From a candidate division WOR-3 bacterium (GTDB lineage: Bacteria > Hydrothermota > Hydrothermia > JBDRYB01), in assembly GCA_049969615.1 (NCBI GenBank), contig JBMFOM010000015.1, positions 1 through 25,321 of the forward strand: 25,321 bases of DNA. Reading direction: 5' to 3'. The notes beneath the pieces are model-generated. The model was not told the DNA's origin. It did no database searches and saw only the letters and a list, made by a program, of their open reading frames with translations. The position numbers and the translations under genes were made by a program. Positions 9,374 through 17,563 of this stretch are shown piece after piece (position 1 is the first letter of the stretch; each line of letters starts with the position of its first letter).

Positions 9374-10445
9374 CGCCCAGCCCTATGGCCTCGGCCACTA
9401 TGTCTTGCAGCTGGTCCGTCATATGAGGAATATGGCTGATTTGGTTGTTGCTACATCCGTCCCTGAGATGTTTGAAGGCGTGGAGGTGTTGAAAACGCCT
9501 GCTTGGGTGAGGTCCGGACAGACCAGGTTCAAAGGTAAACCCAGGTATCTGTATGTGAATACACTCATGAGAAACCTCATAAAGAGGGCCGGCGCGCAGG
9601 TTATTCTCTCGCCCAATCACGAGGCGATCCTCCGTCCGTCTGTTCCACAGGTTGTCATCATTCACGACCTCATCGCGTATTTTTATCCGGATCTTCTTCC
9701 AGGACAGGGCTTCTATTACAGGAGGGTTTTGCCAGGGCTTTTGCGCAGACACGCTGAGAGGATTATTACCGTTTCCGCCTCAACCCGTGATGACTTGATC
9801 AGGGAGTATAGCATACCACCGGAAAAGGTTATAGCAGTTCAATCTGGCAGGGGGGTGGAGCTGGGTTTTGAGGAGCCGTGCTTTCCTCTTCCCAGCAAAT
9901 ACATCCTCTATGTAGGCAATTTCCTACCATACAAGAACATCAGGACACTGCTGGATGCTTTTGGTCTCCTGAGATCAGATGAAATTTATTTGCTCATCGT
10001 TGGCCCCACAACGGGCAAAAATCGTGAGCTTTCGGCCGAACTAGCCGCACTGATCCGCGCTCGCGGTCTTGCCGAAAGAGCTATCATTGTGGGTTATGTT
10101 CCTTCATCCCAGCTGGGGACCCTTTACAGGGGCGCAGAGCTCCTCGTTCTCCCATCTCTCTATGAGGGCTTTGGCTTTCCGCCGCTTGAGGCAATGTCAT
10201 GCGGGATTCCGGTTGTGGTATCCCGGATACCCGCGCTGGTTGAGACAGTGGGTGATGCTGGGGTATACTTTGACCCCCGGTCGCCTGTGGATATGGCTAG
10301 GGCCGTAGAGAATGTTTTGAGTGATCGTCAATTGCGTGAAGAAATGATCAGAAAGGGTAAGGAGCGAGTGAAGTTCTTCTCCTGGGAAAGGACAGCGGAG
10401 CGCATACACGAGATCCTCGTTGATGTTGCAGGGGGATGCCTATGA
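9342..10445 (+). CDS. GT4 glycosyltransferase (MtfB/WbdA-like), paralog 2
   Basis: TTG 9342 after a GGAGG SD gives the same N-terminus as paralog 1 (MRVLVNAT). IIHDL, PYKN and PSLYEGFGFPPLEAM motifs. Confidence 0.92.
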   Translation: MRVLVNATIVDAQPYGLGHYVLQLVRHMRNMADLVVATSVPEMFEGVEVLKTPAWVRSGQTRFKGKPRYLYVNTLMRNLIKRAGAQVILSPNHEAILRPSVPQVVIIHDLIAYFYPDLLPGQGFYYRRVLPGLLRRHAERIITVSASTRDDLIREYSIPPEKVIAVQSGRGVELGFEEPCFPLPSKYILYVGNFLPYKNIRTLLDAFGLLRSDEIYLLIVGPTTGKNRELSAELAALIRARGLAERAIIVGYVPSSQLGTLYRGAELLVLPSLYEGFGFPPLEAMSCGIPVVVSRIPALVETVGDAGVYFDPRSPVDMARAVENVLSDRQLREEMIRKGKERVKFFSWERTAERIHEILVDVAGGCL

Positions 10446-11575
10446 AAACGGCCATGGTTCACGACTGGCTGATAGACTTCAGGGGCGCGGAGAAGGTCGT
10501 AGAACAAATAGTCCAGATACCGGAACTGGGTATCGAGAAGCTTTACACCTTGCTTTTCTCAAGATCAGAGTTCTCCTGTTCTCCCATTGGAACAATGGAA
10601 GTGGAGGAGTCAGTTCTGGTCAAACTGCCCCTCTCAAAAAAGCTTTACCGCCAGTACATCCTCTTCCTGCCGTTCGCGGCTGAGCAATTTGATCTGTCGG
10701 AATACGACATGGTCATATCCTCCAGCCACTCCGTCGCAAAAGGGGTTATAACTAGGAGCGACCAGCTTCACATATCCTATTGTCATACCCCGATGCGTTA
10801 TGTGTGGGACCTGTATCATCTATACCTTCGCCAGATGGGACTGACCAAGGGCATAAAGGGAAACATCGTTAGGCTGATATTTCACTATGTTCGGATGTGG
10901 GATTACCTAGCCTCCAAGAGGGTTGACCTCTTCATCGCCAACAGTAAGTATATCGCGCGGCGTATCAGGAAGCACTATGGCCGTGAGGCTACTGTGATAT
11001 ATCCTCCAGTGGACACAGAGAGGTTCATGCCCTCGCACAGGCGAGACGATTACTTCATCACCGTCTCACACCTCGTCCCATACAAGAGGGTTGACCTTAT
11101 TGTTCGGGCATTCAACAAGATGAAACTGCCACTGGTGGTCATAGGCGATGGACCGGACATGCGCGCGATAAAATCTTTGGCCGATTCTAATATTGAACTC
11201 CTAGGCAGGCTTTCAGATCAGGAGTTAGCGGAGTACGTATCCAGGGCAAGGGCGTTTGTCTATACAGCAGAGGAGGATTTCGGGATCGTACCTGTTGAGG
11301 CACAGGCATCCGGAATCCCGGTAATTGCCTTTGGCAAAAGTGGGGTAAGCGAGAGCGTGATTGAAGGCAAGACCGGAGTTCTCTTTGAGGAACAGAATGT
11401 TGCCAGTCTGATAGGTGCTGTCCAGCGGTTCATAAAGAACGAGGACAGGTTTGACCCGGCATTTATAAGGAGCAACGCGGAACGTTTCTCGTCTCAGCGG
11501 TTTCGCCATGAATTCAGGGATTTCGTCTTGTCCAAATACGAGGATTTCAAAGCGGGTAAGAATGTGAGGGTATAG
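10442..11575 (+). CDS. GT4 glycosyltransferase (WbaZ-like)
   Basis: VHDWL..RGAEKV, SSHSVAKG, YCHTPMRYVWD, VIYPPV and EEDFGIVPVEAQASG motifs. ATG 10442 overlaps the previous stop (ATGA); alternative ATG at 10436. Confidence 0.92.
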   Translation: MKTAMVHDWLIDFRGAEKVVEQIVQIPELGIEKLYTLLFSRSEFSCSPIGTMEVEESVLVKLPLSKKLYRQYILFLPFAAEQFDLSEYDMVISSSHSVAKGVITRSDQLHISYCHTPMRYVWDLYHLYLRQMGLTKGIKGNIVRLIFHYVRMWDYLASKRVDLFIANSKYIARRIRKHYGREATVIYPPVDTERFMPSHRRDDYFITVSHLVPYKRVDLIVRAFNKMKLPLVVIGDGPDMRAIKSLADSNIELLGRLSDQELAEYVSRARAFVYTAEEDFGIVPVEAQASGIPVIAFGKSGVSESVIEGKTGVLFEEQNVASLIGAVQRFIKNEDRFDPAFIRSNAERFSSQRFRHEFRDFVLSKYEDFKAGKNVRV

Positions 11576-11587
11576 AGAGCCAGGCTT

Positions 11588-12586
11588 TCAGGTGTCGCTC
11601 CGACCAAATAGCCTGAGATATTCTAAAAGCTTCTCCATGTCCTCCGGCAGCGGCGCCTCAAATTCCATTCTGTAGTTTTTTGCTGGGTGGGTGATTATCA
11701 ATTTGGCCGCATGCAAGGCCTGCCTTTCCATGATTTCCAGACAGGCCGCCACCCTTTCCCTTTCTCCCGGCGGCACAACCCTGAATATCTTTCTTATTTC
11801 CCTGCCAGAGTAGACCGGATCCCCCACAACCGGATGGCCATAGTGCTCCATGTGAACCCTTATCTGGTGAGTCCTGCCGGTCAAAAGCTCAATCTCCATG
11901 AATGATGCTACTCTCCCAAATTCCTCCATTATCCTGAACATAGTTGTGGCCGGTTTTGAGTGAAATGGCGTTACCGCCATCCTTTTGCGGTCTATGGTGT
12001 GCCTGCCAACCGGCGCGTTGATTTCACCTTCCCTGGCCGGCGGCCTGCCCCAGACCACTGCCAGATATATCCTCCTGGCCTCCTTAGTTGCTATCTGTCT
12101 GGCAAGGCTCCTCACCCCGCGCTGGCTCTTTGCCACCACCAAAAGACCCGATGTATCCTTGTCTAACCTATGAACCACTCCGGGCCTTGTTCTGTCTCCA
12201 GTGTCCGGCAGTTCTTCAAGCCTTCCTAGCAATGCGTTGACTATGGTTCCGCTCGTGTTGCCCCTCGCGGGATGGACGACAACCCCAGGCGGTTTATTCA
12301 AGACAACAAGGTCATCATCCTCATAGATTATGGGCAGATCATCCCTGGTCTCAGGCAGAAGCTCAAATGGTTCAGGCAGTTCATAGACAGCGGCTATATC
12401 ATCCCCTGCCTTGACCTTGTAGCCTGGCTTAATAACAATTTTGCCGTTGACGGTTACCCTGCCAGATTTTATCAGGTTCTCCACCTGTGAGCGCGAGAGA
12501 CCCATGCCAGACCTGAACATATAGAGATCAAGCCTGAGCCCCTTTTGTTTCTCGGCAACGGTTCGCCTGAACTCGCGCTCCGACAT
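11588..12586 (-). CDS. rluD: RluA-family 23S rRNA pseudouridine synthase with S4 domain (RluD-like)
   Basis: S4 domain (RLDLY..SRSQVENLIKSG), NKPPG.VVHP, catalytic VHRLDKDTSG, TGRTHQIRVH and RQALHA. ATG 12586 chosen because the longer ORF runs through the promoter repeat. Confidence 0.93.
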   Translation of the reverse strand: MSEREFRRTVAEKQKGLRLDLYMFRSGMGLSRSQVENLIKSGRVTVNGKIVIKPGYKVKAGDDIAAVYELPEPFELLPETRDDLPIIYEDDDLVVLNKPPGVVVHPARGNTSGTIVNALLGRLEELPDTGDRTRPGVVHRLDKDTSGLLVVAKSQRGVRSLARQIATKEARRIYLAVVWGRPPAREGEINAPVGRHTIDRKRMAVTPFHSKPATTMFRIMEEFGRVASFMEIELLTGRTHQIRVHMEHYGHPVVGDPVYSGREIRKIFRVVPPGERERVAACLEIMERQALHAAKLIITHPAKNYRMEFEAPLPEDMEKLLEYLRLFGRSDT

Positions 12587-12590
12587 GCAT

Positions 12591-12697
12591 AAAGTATAAC
12601 CCACTTCCTCTGCAGGATCATGTATTGGTGTATTTGGGAAATCCCCGGCTGGGTTCATTTTTTACCGGAAACCCCTGAAAAATCCCGGTTTGTCAGC
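12591..12697 (-). repeat. Promoter-bearing dispersed intergenic repeat, copy 2
   Basis: Homologous to 1-123. 12668-12688 is also an exact 21-nt reverse complement of 18506-18526. Confidence 0.85.
12593..12621 (-). promoter_or_regulatory. Sigma70-type promoter of rluD (probably leaderless)
   Basis: On the - strand: ATGATC (12621-12616), 17 nt, TATACT (12598-12593), then 6 nt to ATG 12586. No SD in between. Confidence 0.7.
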
Positions 12698-12724
12698 CTC
12701 ATCATAACAAAAAGAGAACCATGT

Positions 12725-13060
12725 CTAGCCCTTCACCATCACCAAGAGCATCTTGAACTTATCCACAGCCGAGACCGAGTGCGGCAGATTCGCCGGCATG
12801 AGTATTGCTTCACCGGTCTTCACCCTGAAGGGTTTTCCGTCTATGGTTATCTCCCCCTCTCCGTCAAGAACGAAAACCAGCGCGTCAAATGGCGCGGTAT
12901 GCTCTGATAGCGCCTGGCCCCGGTCAAACGAGAACAGGGTAACGGTTCCAGCCGGACGCTGGATCAGAGTCCTGCTTACTATCGCGCCCTCCGCGTAATC
13001 AACCAGACCAGCCAGTTCAACGATCCTAGCGGGTTCAAGGGTTCCTTCACTTGATCTCAT
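12725..13060 (-). CDS. Cupin-domain protein
   Basis: GAIVSRTL, FDRGQALSEHTAP, LDGEG and MPANLPHSV cupin motifs. ATG 13060 with GGAGG SD (rc 13066-13070). Confidence 0.88.
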   Translation of the reverse strand: MRSSEGTLEPARIVELAGLVDYAEGAIVSRTLIQRPAGTVTLFSFDRGQALSEHTAPFDALVFVLDGEGEITIDGKPFRVKTGEAILMPANLPHSVSAVDKFKMLLVMVKG

Positions 13061-13126
13061 ATGAACCTCCGAAAGTCCGGGCGGCAAAGATACCACCTGG
13101 CTCAAGGCTCAAAAGGCTGTATTATT

Positions 13127-14455
13127 CTATTCCCAGTCAAGTAGCCTTCTCTCGCCCTCAAGCTTCTTTATCTCCGTAATATCCTGACTCACCTCAAGGG
13201 TTCCTCTGTATCTCCCCTCTTTGTCCCTGACCGCAAAATACCTTATGTGGATCAGCTTTCCTCTCATGTTTATCCAGAACTCGGCCACATCTTTCTTTCC
13301 TGCCCTGAATTCATCAAGGATCTTCTGGACAACATGTATGCTTTTGGGCGGATGGCAGTTCTGGACTTTCCTGCCTATAACCTCCGGCGAGCGCGGGAAT
13401 ATCCTCTCCTTTTCCGAGTAAAACCCGACACGGTCTTCCTCGTCAACGAAGGTTATGTCAACCGGAAGGTGGCCGAATATCAGGTTTATCTGCTCGTGGC
13501 TGATCTCGCCTACACTCAGAGAAACCAGGCTCTCATTCGTCCTGTATTCCCCAACCGGAGCCTTCCCAACCTCAATCCACTCCTGGGGGCTCAGGGTCTC
13601 CATTAGCATGGGGAAGAGGATGTTTTCTTCCTTGCTGATCATGCCCTCAGCCTCGGTCGCGAGCTTCTCTGCCACCTGAACTAGGGCCGGCATGTCGTTT
13701 TTTTCAAGGTGCTCCTTCGCCCCCCTGAGCATTGCCCTTATCTCATCGTGGACAGCCCACATTACTTGAGGCGGTGCCGTTATCCCGTGTTTTTCAAGCA
13801 AGGGGAAAAGGACGTTCTCCTTTCGGGTATAGTGCTGATCGAGGATGGCAAGGGTTTCCAGGGATTTACTGATGAGCGACGGATCGCGTTCGGCTAGTGC
13901 TTTCCTTAACCCGGATATTGTCTCGGCTATGCGCTTGTTCTCTTCCTGAAATGCCCTGAGAGGGTGGCCTTGTGGAAATTGCTCTGCCATTCTCTTCTCC
14001 ATGGCCTCCTGAAAGAGTTGGACATGGAGGTTGCAGAGCTTGGTTATCTCCTGGGGATCAAGCCCTTCCTGGACCAGCTCCTGCTCAATCGTTCCTATCT
14101 CTGCAGGGCTTACATCCCCAGCCACCTCAGAGAATCGTGGCTTGAGCTCTTCTGGTGATGCCCCTTCGTGCAACTGTCTGATGAGCTCCTTCAAGGCCTC
14201 CTTGCGCCTCACTCTGTCGTGGCTCATGTCAGGGGAATTACTGATTGCCTCGGATATATCTGCCACGAGCCTATCCACGGGGATTTTCCCCATTTCAGCA
14301 ACCCTCTCAAGGGTTGCGAATCGCCCCATGGTGTTCCTCAGGACGGGGTTCCTGAGCTTCTGATACTCCGGGTTGTAATTAACGAAGAATTCCAGGAGAA
14401 ACGGGTATTCCCTCAGAAGATCAAAGAGCTTAGTATCCGGTTTTATCTCCATCAT
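13127..14455 (-). CDS. DUF1858-DUF438-hemerythrin-PAS domain protein
   Basis: N-terminal LRNPVLRNT..ATL (DUF1858/ScdA_N-like); LH.G..EI..IEQEL..CNLH (DUF438); HYTRKENVLFP, MWAVHD and KEENILFP (hemerythrin-like); DITFVD..NCHPPKS (PAS-like). Confidence 0.85.
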   Translation of the reverse strand: MMEIKPDTKLFDLLREYPFLLEFFVNYNPEYQKLRNPVLRNTMGRFATLERVAEMGKIPVDRLVADISEAISNSPDMSHDRVRRKEALKELIRQLHEGASPEELKPRFSEVAGDVSPAEIGTIEQELVQEGLDPQEITKLCNLHVQLFQEAMEKRMAEQFPQGHPLRAFQEENKRIAETISGLRKALAERDPSLISKSLETLAILDQHYTRKENVLFPLLEKHGITAPPQVMWAVHDEIRAMLRGAKEHLEKNDMPALVQVAEKLATEAEGMISKEENILFPMLMETLSPQEWIEVGKAPVGEYRTNESLVSLSVGEISHEQINLIFGHLPVDITFVDEEDRVGFYSEKERIFPRSPEVIGRKVQNCHPPKSIHVVQKILDEFRAGKKDVAEFWINMRGKLIHIRYFAVRDKEGRYRGTLEVSQDITEIKKLEGERRLLDWE

Positions 14456-15759
14456 TTGCCTCCTTTGGCGCGGGTTTCTGCCGTCAATGCGGTAGTCTGC
14501 GCTTGCCTCGCCAGGTCTATCGCTGAGGCAAGTATCCGGGCCGCTTCCTGCGGGGAGTGAAACCCCATTCCGTTAGCTGAGAAAACATAGTCCCACCTCA
14601 TCTGCGCGGCCCTGACAAGGGCTCTTGCCTCTTTCAATTGGTCATCCGTGGCCCCGGCGGCTTTCGCGGCCCCTATCTCCTTGTGAGCCGCGACCAGGGC
14701 TAGCTCGGCCCTCTCAAGCATTTGTTTGTTATTATCCTGAATAAGCTCAACCCTTGCCCTCAGCTCTTCCTCTGAGCCAGAGTGGCACGGTTTGCAGGCT
14801 CGCGAGATATTCTTGAGGGGGCTTTGGACATAGTGATCAGTGAATTTGATTCCTCCCTCGGCCATGTAGGGCATGTGGCAGTCAGCGCAAGCGACCCCCT
14901 TGGCCGCGTGGATGCCGGTGAGATAGAGCTCGTAGTCCGGGTGCTGGAGCTTGATCATGCCCGCGCCGCTGGTAGGGTGCGTCCAGTCCGAAAATCCCAG
15001 CTCGTCGTAAAATCTCTCCATTGCCTCAACCGTTGTGCCGTATTTCCACGGGAAGACCAAGTATTTTTCCGGCCCCTCAAAGTAATACTCGGAGTGACAC
15101 TGAGCGCAGACCAGTGAGCGCATATCGTTCTCAGTCAGGGCGGCCGTGTCCTTCCCCATCGCAATGAGTCCCTCAATGAGCGCGGGCCTGGTTATCCTGA
15201 GTTCCATGGTCTTCGGATCATGACAATCAGCGCAGGCCACAGGATGCTTTGCTCTCGCGAAAACCTCCTCAAATTTCGCTTTGTAAAAGCCTGCTATCCC
15301 CATCTCGGCAATCAAGCCGGGCACCTCCGCGCTTTTGCATGTAAGGCAGGCGCCGGGTTGGGCCTTGCCTCCCCTCGCTGGGTCTCTGCGCGCTGTCCTG
15401 TCCACATCAACCAGGGTCCACGCGTGGCCCCTGTCCTCGTTGTATTCAACAGAGAACGGATAACCCGCCCAGAGGAATCGTAGGAGGGTATCCCTGTCCA
15501 GCCAGGAGAAGGCTTGAGGTCCCCCATATTTTGTAGGGCCAGTGGTGTCCTTGGTCATCAGGAACCTGTTGTATTCCCTGGGGAAGACCTTTCCCCAGAC
15601 CGCTGGGTCAGTCTCATTCTCCGGTATATTCAGGCTAACGACCGGCGCGAGCCTTGTCTCGCCTTTGCGTTCCAGGATCAGGACCGTTGCCATGCCCAGA
15701 ACGAAAACTCCAACCATGCACACAAAAAATATAACCCACTTGAGCCAGTTCCTATTCAT
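14452..15759 (-). CDS. nrfA: Ammonia-forming pentaheme cytochrome c nitrite reductase
   Basis: Five heme motifs: CLTCK (Lys-ligated active site), CADCH, CAQCH, CADCH, CKPCH. Also EDRGH, HSEYYF, KLQHPDYE and GFHSPQEA motifs, and an N-terminal hydrophobic segment. Confidence 0.96.
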   Translation of the reverse strand: MNRNWLKWVIFFVCMVGVFVLGMATVLILERKGETRLAPVVSLNIPENETDPAVWGKVFPREYNRFLMTKDTTGPTKYGGPQAFSWLDRDTLLRFLWAGYPFSVEYNEDRGHAWTLVDVDRTARRDPARGGKAQPGACLTCKSAEVPGLIAEMGIAGFYKAKFEEVFARAKHPVACADCHDPKTMELRITRPALIEGLIAMGKDTAALTENDMRSLVCAQCHSEYYFEGPEKYLVFPWKYGTTVEAMERFYDELGFSDWTHPTSGAGMIKLQHPDYELYLTGIHAAKGVACADCHMPYMAEGGIKFTDHYVQSPLKNISRACKPCHSGSEEELRARVELIQDNNKQMLERAELALVAAHKEIGAAKAAGATDDQLKEARALVRAAQMRWDYVFSANGMGFHSPQEAARILASAIDLARQAQTTALTAETRAKGGK

Positions 15760-16231
15760 GATTTTCTCCTTTTAAGGCCAAAACAGAACCCGTTCCCCTG
15801 GGGCCAGGGTGGGCCGCTTCCCTGTGGCAATCACCGCACCACCTGTCCGTACCCATTGCCTCAAGATGGCCAACCGCGTTCTCGTGGCAGTGTTCGCAGT
15901 TTGCCTCCACCTCTTCTTTTGACCTCTCTTTGATCTGGATGACCGGAGGTTCCTGCCTCGTGTAATACACATAGGCATCCCACGCTCCATCTCTTGCCTT
16001 GAATGCCCAGTATTTTGCGGGATTCTCATGGGGTAGGTGGCAATCCGTGCACTTCAGGCCCCTGTGGACGCTACGCTCCCAGGATTCGTATTCCGGCTCC
16101 ATGCTGTGGCAGGAAACGCACATCTCCGGCGAGTCGGTAAGATAGATCGGGAAGTTGGAAACCGTTATGAAAAGGAGGAAAGCACCCACAAGAGCTCCAG
16201 TCACTCCATAAAGGTAAAGTCTCTTATCCAA
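15752..16231 (-). CDS. nrfH: Tetraheme NapC/NirT-family quinol dehydrogenase subunit NrfH
   Basis: TM helix followed by CVSCH, CTDCH, CEHCH and CGDCH; SWERSVH and KARDG motifs. Overlaps the nrfA start. The TTG 16231 start is inferred and uncertain. Confidence 0.92.
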   Translation of the reverse strand: MDKRLYLYGVTGALVGAFLLFITVSNFPIYLTDSPEMCVSCHSMEPEYESWERSVHRGLKCTDCHLPHENPAKYWAFKARDGAWDAYVYYTRQEPPVIQIKERSKEEVEANCEHCHENAVGHLEAMGTDRWCGDCHREAAHPGPRGTGSVLALKGENHE

Positions 16232-16240
16232 AGCTTTTAT

Positions 16241-16270
16241 ATTATAATACCTATTGGAATGGTGGGGCAA
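16241..16270 (-). promoter_or_regulatory. Putative sigma70 promoter of the nrfHA operon
   Basis: On the - strand: TTGCCC (16270-16265), 18 nt, TATAAT (16246-16241). A repeat sub-motif copy lies immediately upstream at 16273-16292. Confidence 0.6.
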
Positions 16271-16336
16271 GTCCGGAAATCCCTCAGAAATCAATTCTCC
16301 GGAAGCGGGTAATCGCAGGCCAGATCGTTCCGGGAT

Positions 16337-17563
16337 TTAGAACAGCGACCCAATCTCGCCTTTCTTTATCAGCAGGCTTATCTTGCCGTATTCCCCATCG
16401 TGGCCGGGGACTATATCCACATCCCCTTGCCTTGCGGCCATGACCCCACGAGCTATATCCGGGTTGGATGACCTGTCTATCTCCTCCTCGGACGCGTTCA
16501 GGAGGACATTCATTTCGGAACCCAGACTGGCGACGAGCTTCGCGTATACCCTATCAACCACCTTTGAGCTGGGTCCCGTGCCCATCACATCGCCTATTAT
16601 CTCTCGTAGGGGGATGAGGCTCCTGTAGTCAATCGCTGACGGGGGCCGTTCGCCCTCTGGTCTGTCAGCGAGCTGCTCAACCCTGTTGAGAACACCGATG
16701 GTCAGGGGTTTGCCACATACTGGGCATCTGCCGGCGTGTTCCCTGGTCTGTTTGGGATGGAATATGACATTGCACGCCCTGTGGCCGTCGTAATGATATT
16801 TTCCCTCCTCTGGATAGAACTCAACGGTAAAGAGAAACCTGCTCCCGTCTTTCTTTTCTAGGACCTCCTTGAGCTGGTAATAATCCAGAGGTCCCGAAAA
16901 GACATTCGCCTCCCTGCCTATCCTGTCGGGGGAGTGCGCGTCGGAGTTAGAGACCAAGGAGAACCTGTCCAGCTCCGAAACTCGCCAGTTCATCGGCGGG
17001 TCAGACGAAAGCCCGGTCTCAAGCGCTGTGATGGAGCTCACGAGGGGCCCAAAAGCCTCTTCCAGGCTGTTGAAGCCAGAGTTTGAACCGAACACGGAAA
17101 ACCAGGGAGTCCATATGTGTGCCGGTATCACCATGGCGTCTGGAACTGTCCCAAGTATGAACTTCGTGAACTCGGCCGCGTCCTCGCCCAGGATTGGCCT
17201 GCCATCTGACCTCAGGTTATATTGACCCATTCCCCTTATGAGCCTGTCGACGTCGCGAAACGACGGCAGGGCATAAATCATGTGGATCTTTCGGATAGCC
17301 CCGCGCTTCTGGTATATGAAGGAGAGCTCGCCCGTCAGGATAAAATCCACACCATCAAGGTGATAGAGGCCCTGCCCCTTTTCCTCAAGAGAACGTTCAA
17401 GTTCCTCTCGCCAAGCCGGGTGAAATATATCTCCGGTCCCGAGCAATGAGACACCCTTTTGTTTAGCGGTTTCCGCCAGAATCTTGGGGGTCATGCCCCT
17501 CGCGGTCGCCCTGCTGTAGGAGGAGTGTATGTGCAGATCAGCGATGTAAAAATTCATTTTCAT
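16337..17563 (-). CDS. Endonuclease Q family protein (PHP domain plus Zn-binding motif), stand-alone
   Basis: DLHIHSSYSRAT, GTGD, PAHIWTPWFS, ETGLSSDPPMN, SNSDAHS, GREAN, GKYHYDGHRAC..CPVCG and PGHDGEYG motifs. Confidence 0.9.
   Translation of the reverse strand: MKMNFYIADLHIHSSYSRATARGMTPKILAETAKQKGVSLLGTGDIFHPAWREELERSLEEKGQGLYHLDGVDFILTGELSFIYQKRGAIRKIHMIYALPSFRDVDRLIRGMGQYNLRSDGRPILGEDAAEFTKFILGTVPDAMVIPAHIWTPWFSVFGSNSGFNSLEEAFGPLVSSITALETGLSSDPPMNWRVSELDRFSLVSNSDAHSPDRIGREANVFSGPLDYYQLKEVLEKKDGSRFLFTVEFYPEEGKYHYDGHRACNVIFHPKQTREHAGRCPVCGKPLTIGVLNRVEQLADRPEGERPPSAIDYRSLIPLREIIGDVMGTGPSSKVVDRVYAKLVASLGSEMNVLLNASEEEIDRSSNPDIARGVMAARQGDVDIVPGHDGEYGKISLLIKKGEIGSLF

Noticed and set aside
11575-11589. 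Bidirectional terminator between the last GT and rluD
   Set aside because: Only a 6-bp stem with a G-U pair and 3-nt loop (GAGAGC-CAG-GCTTTC) and no U-tract; too weak to call.
12587-12658. N-terminal extension of RluD in the ORF track (likewise extensions at 13061-13105, 16232-16294, 18295-18330, 3999-4025 and 9321-9341)
   Set aside because: These extensions run through promoter boxes, repeats or upstream genes; downstream starts fit SD or -10 positions and family N-termini better.
13099-13117. Short tandem GGCTCAA-GGCTCAA-AA-GGCT
   Set aside because: Two 7-mer copies are compatible with chance, and there is no supporting context.
16289-16294. FNR box upstream of nrfH
   Set aside because: Only a single ATCAA half-site is present.
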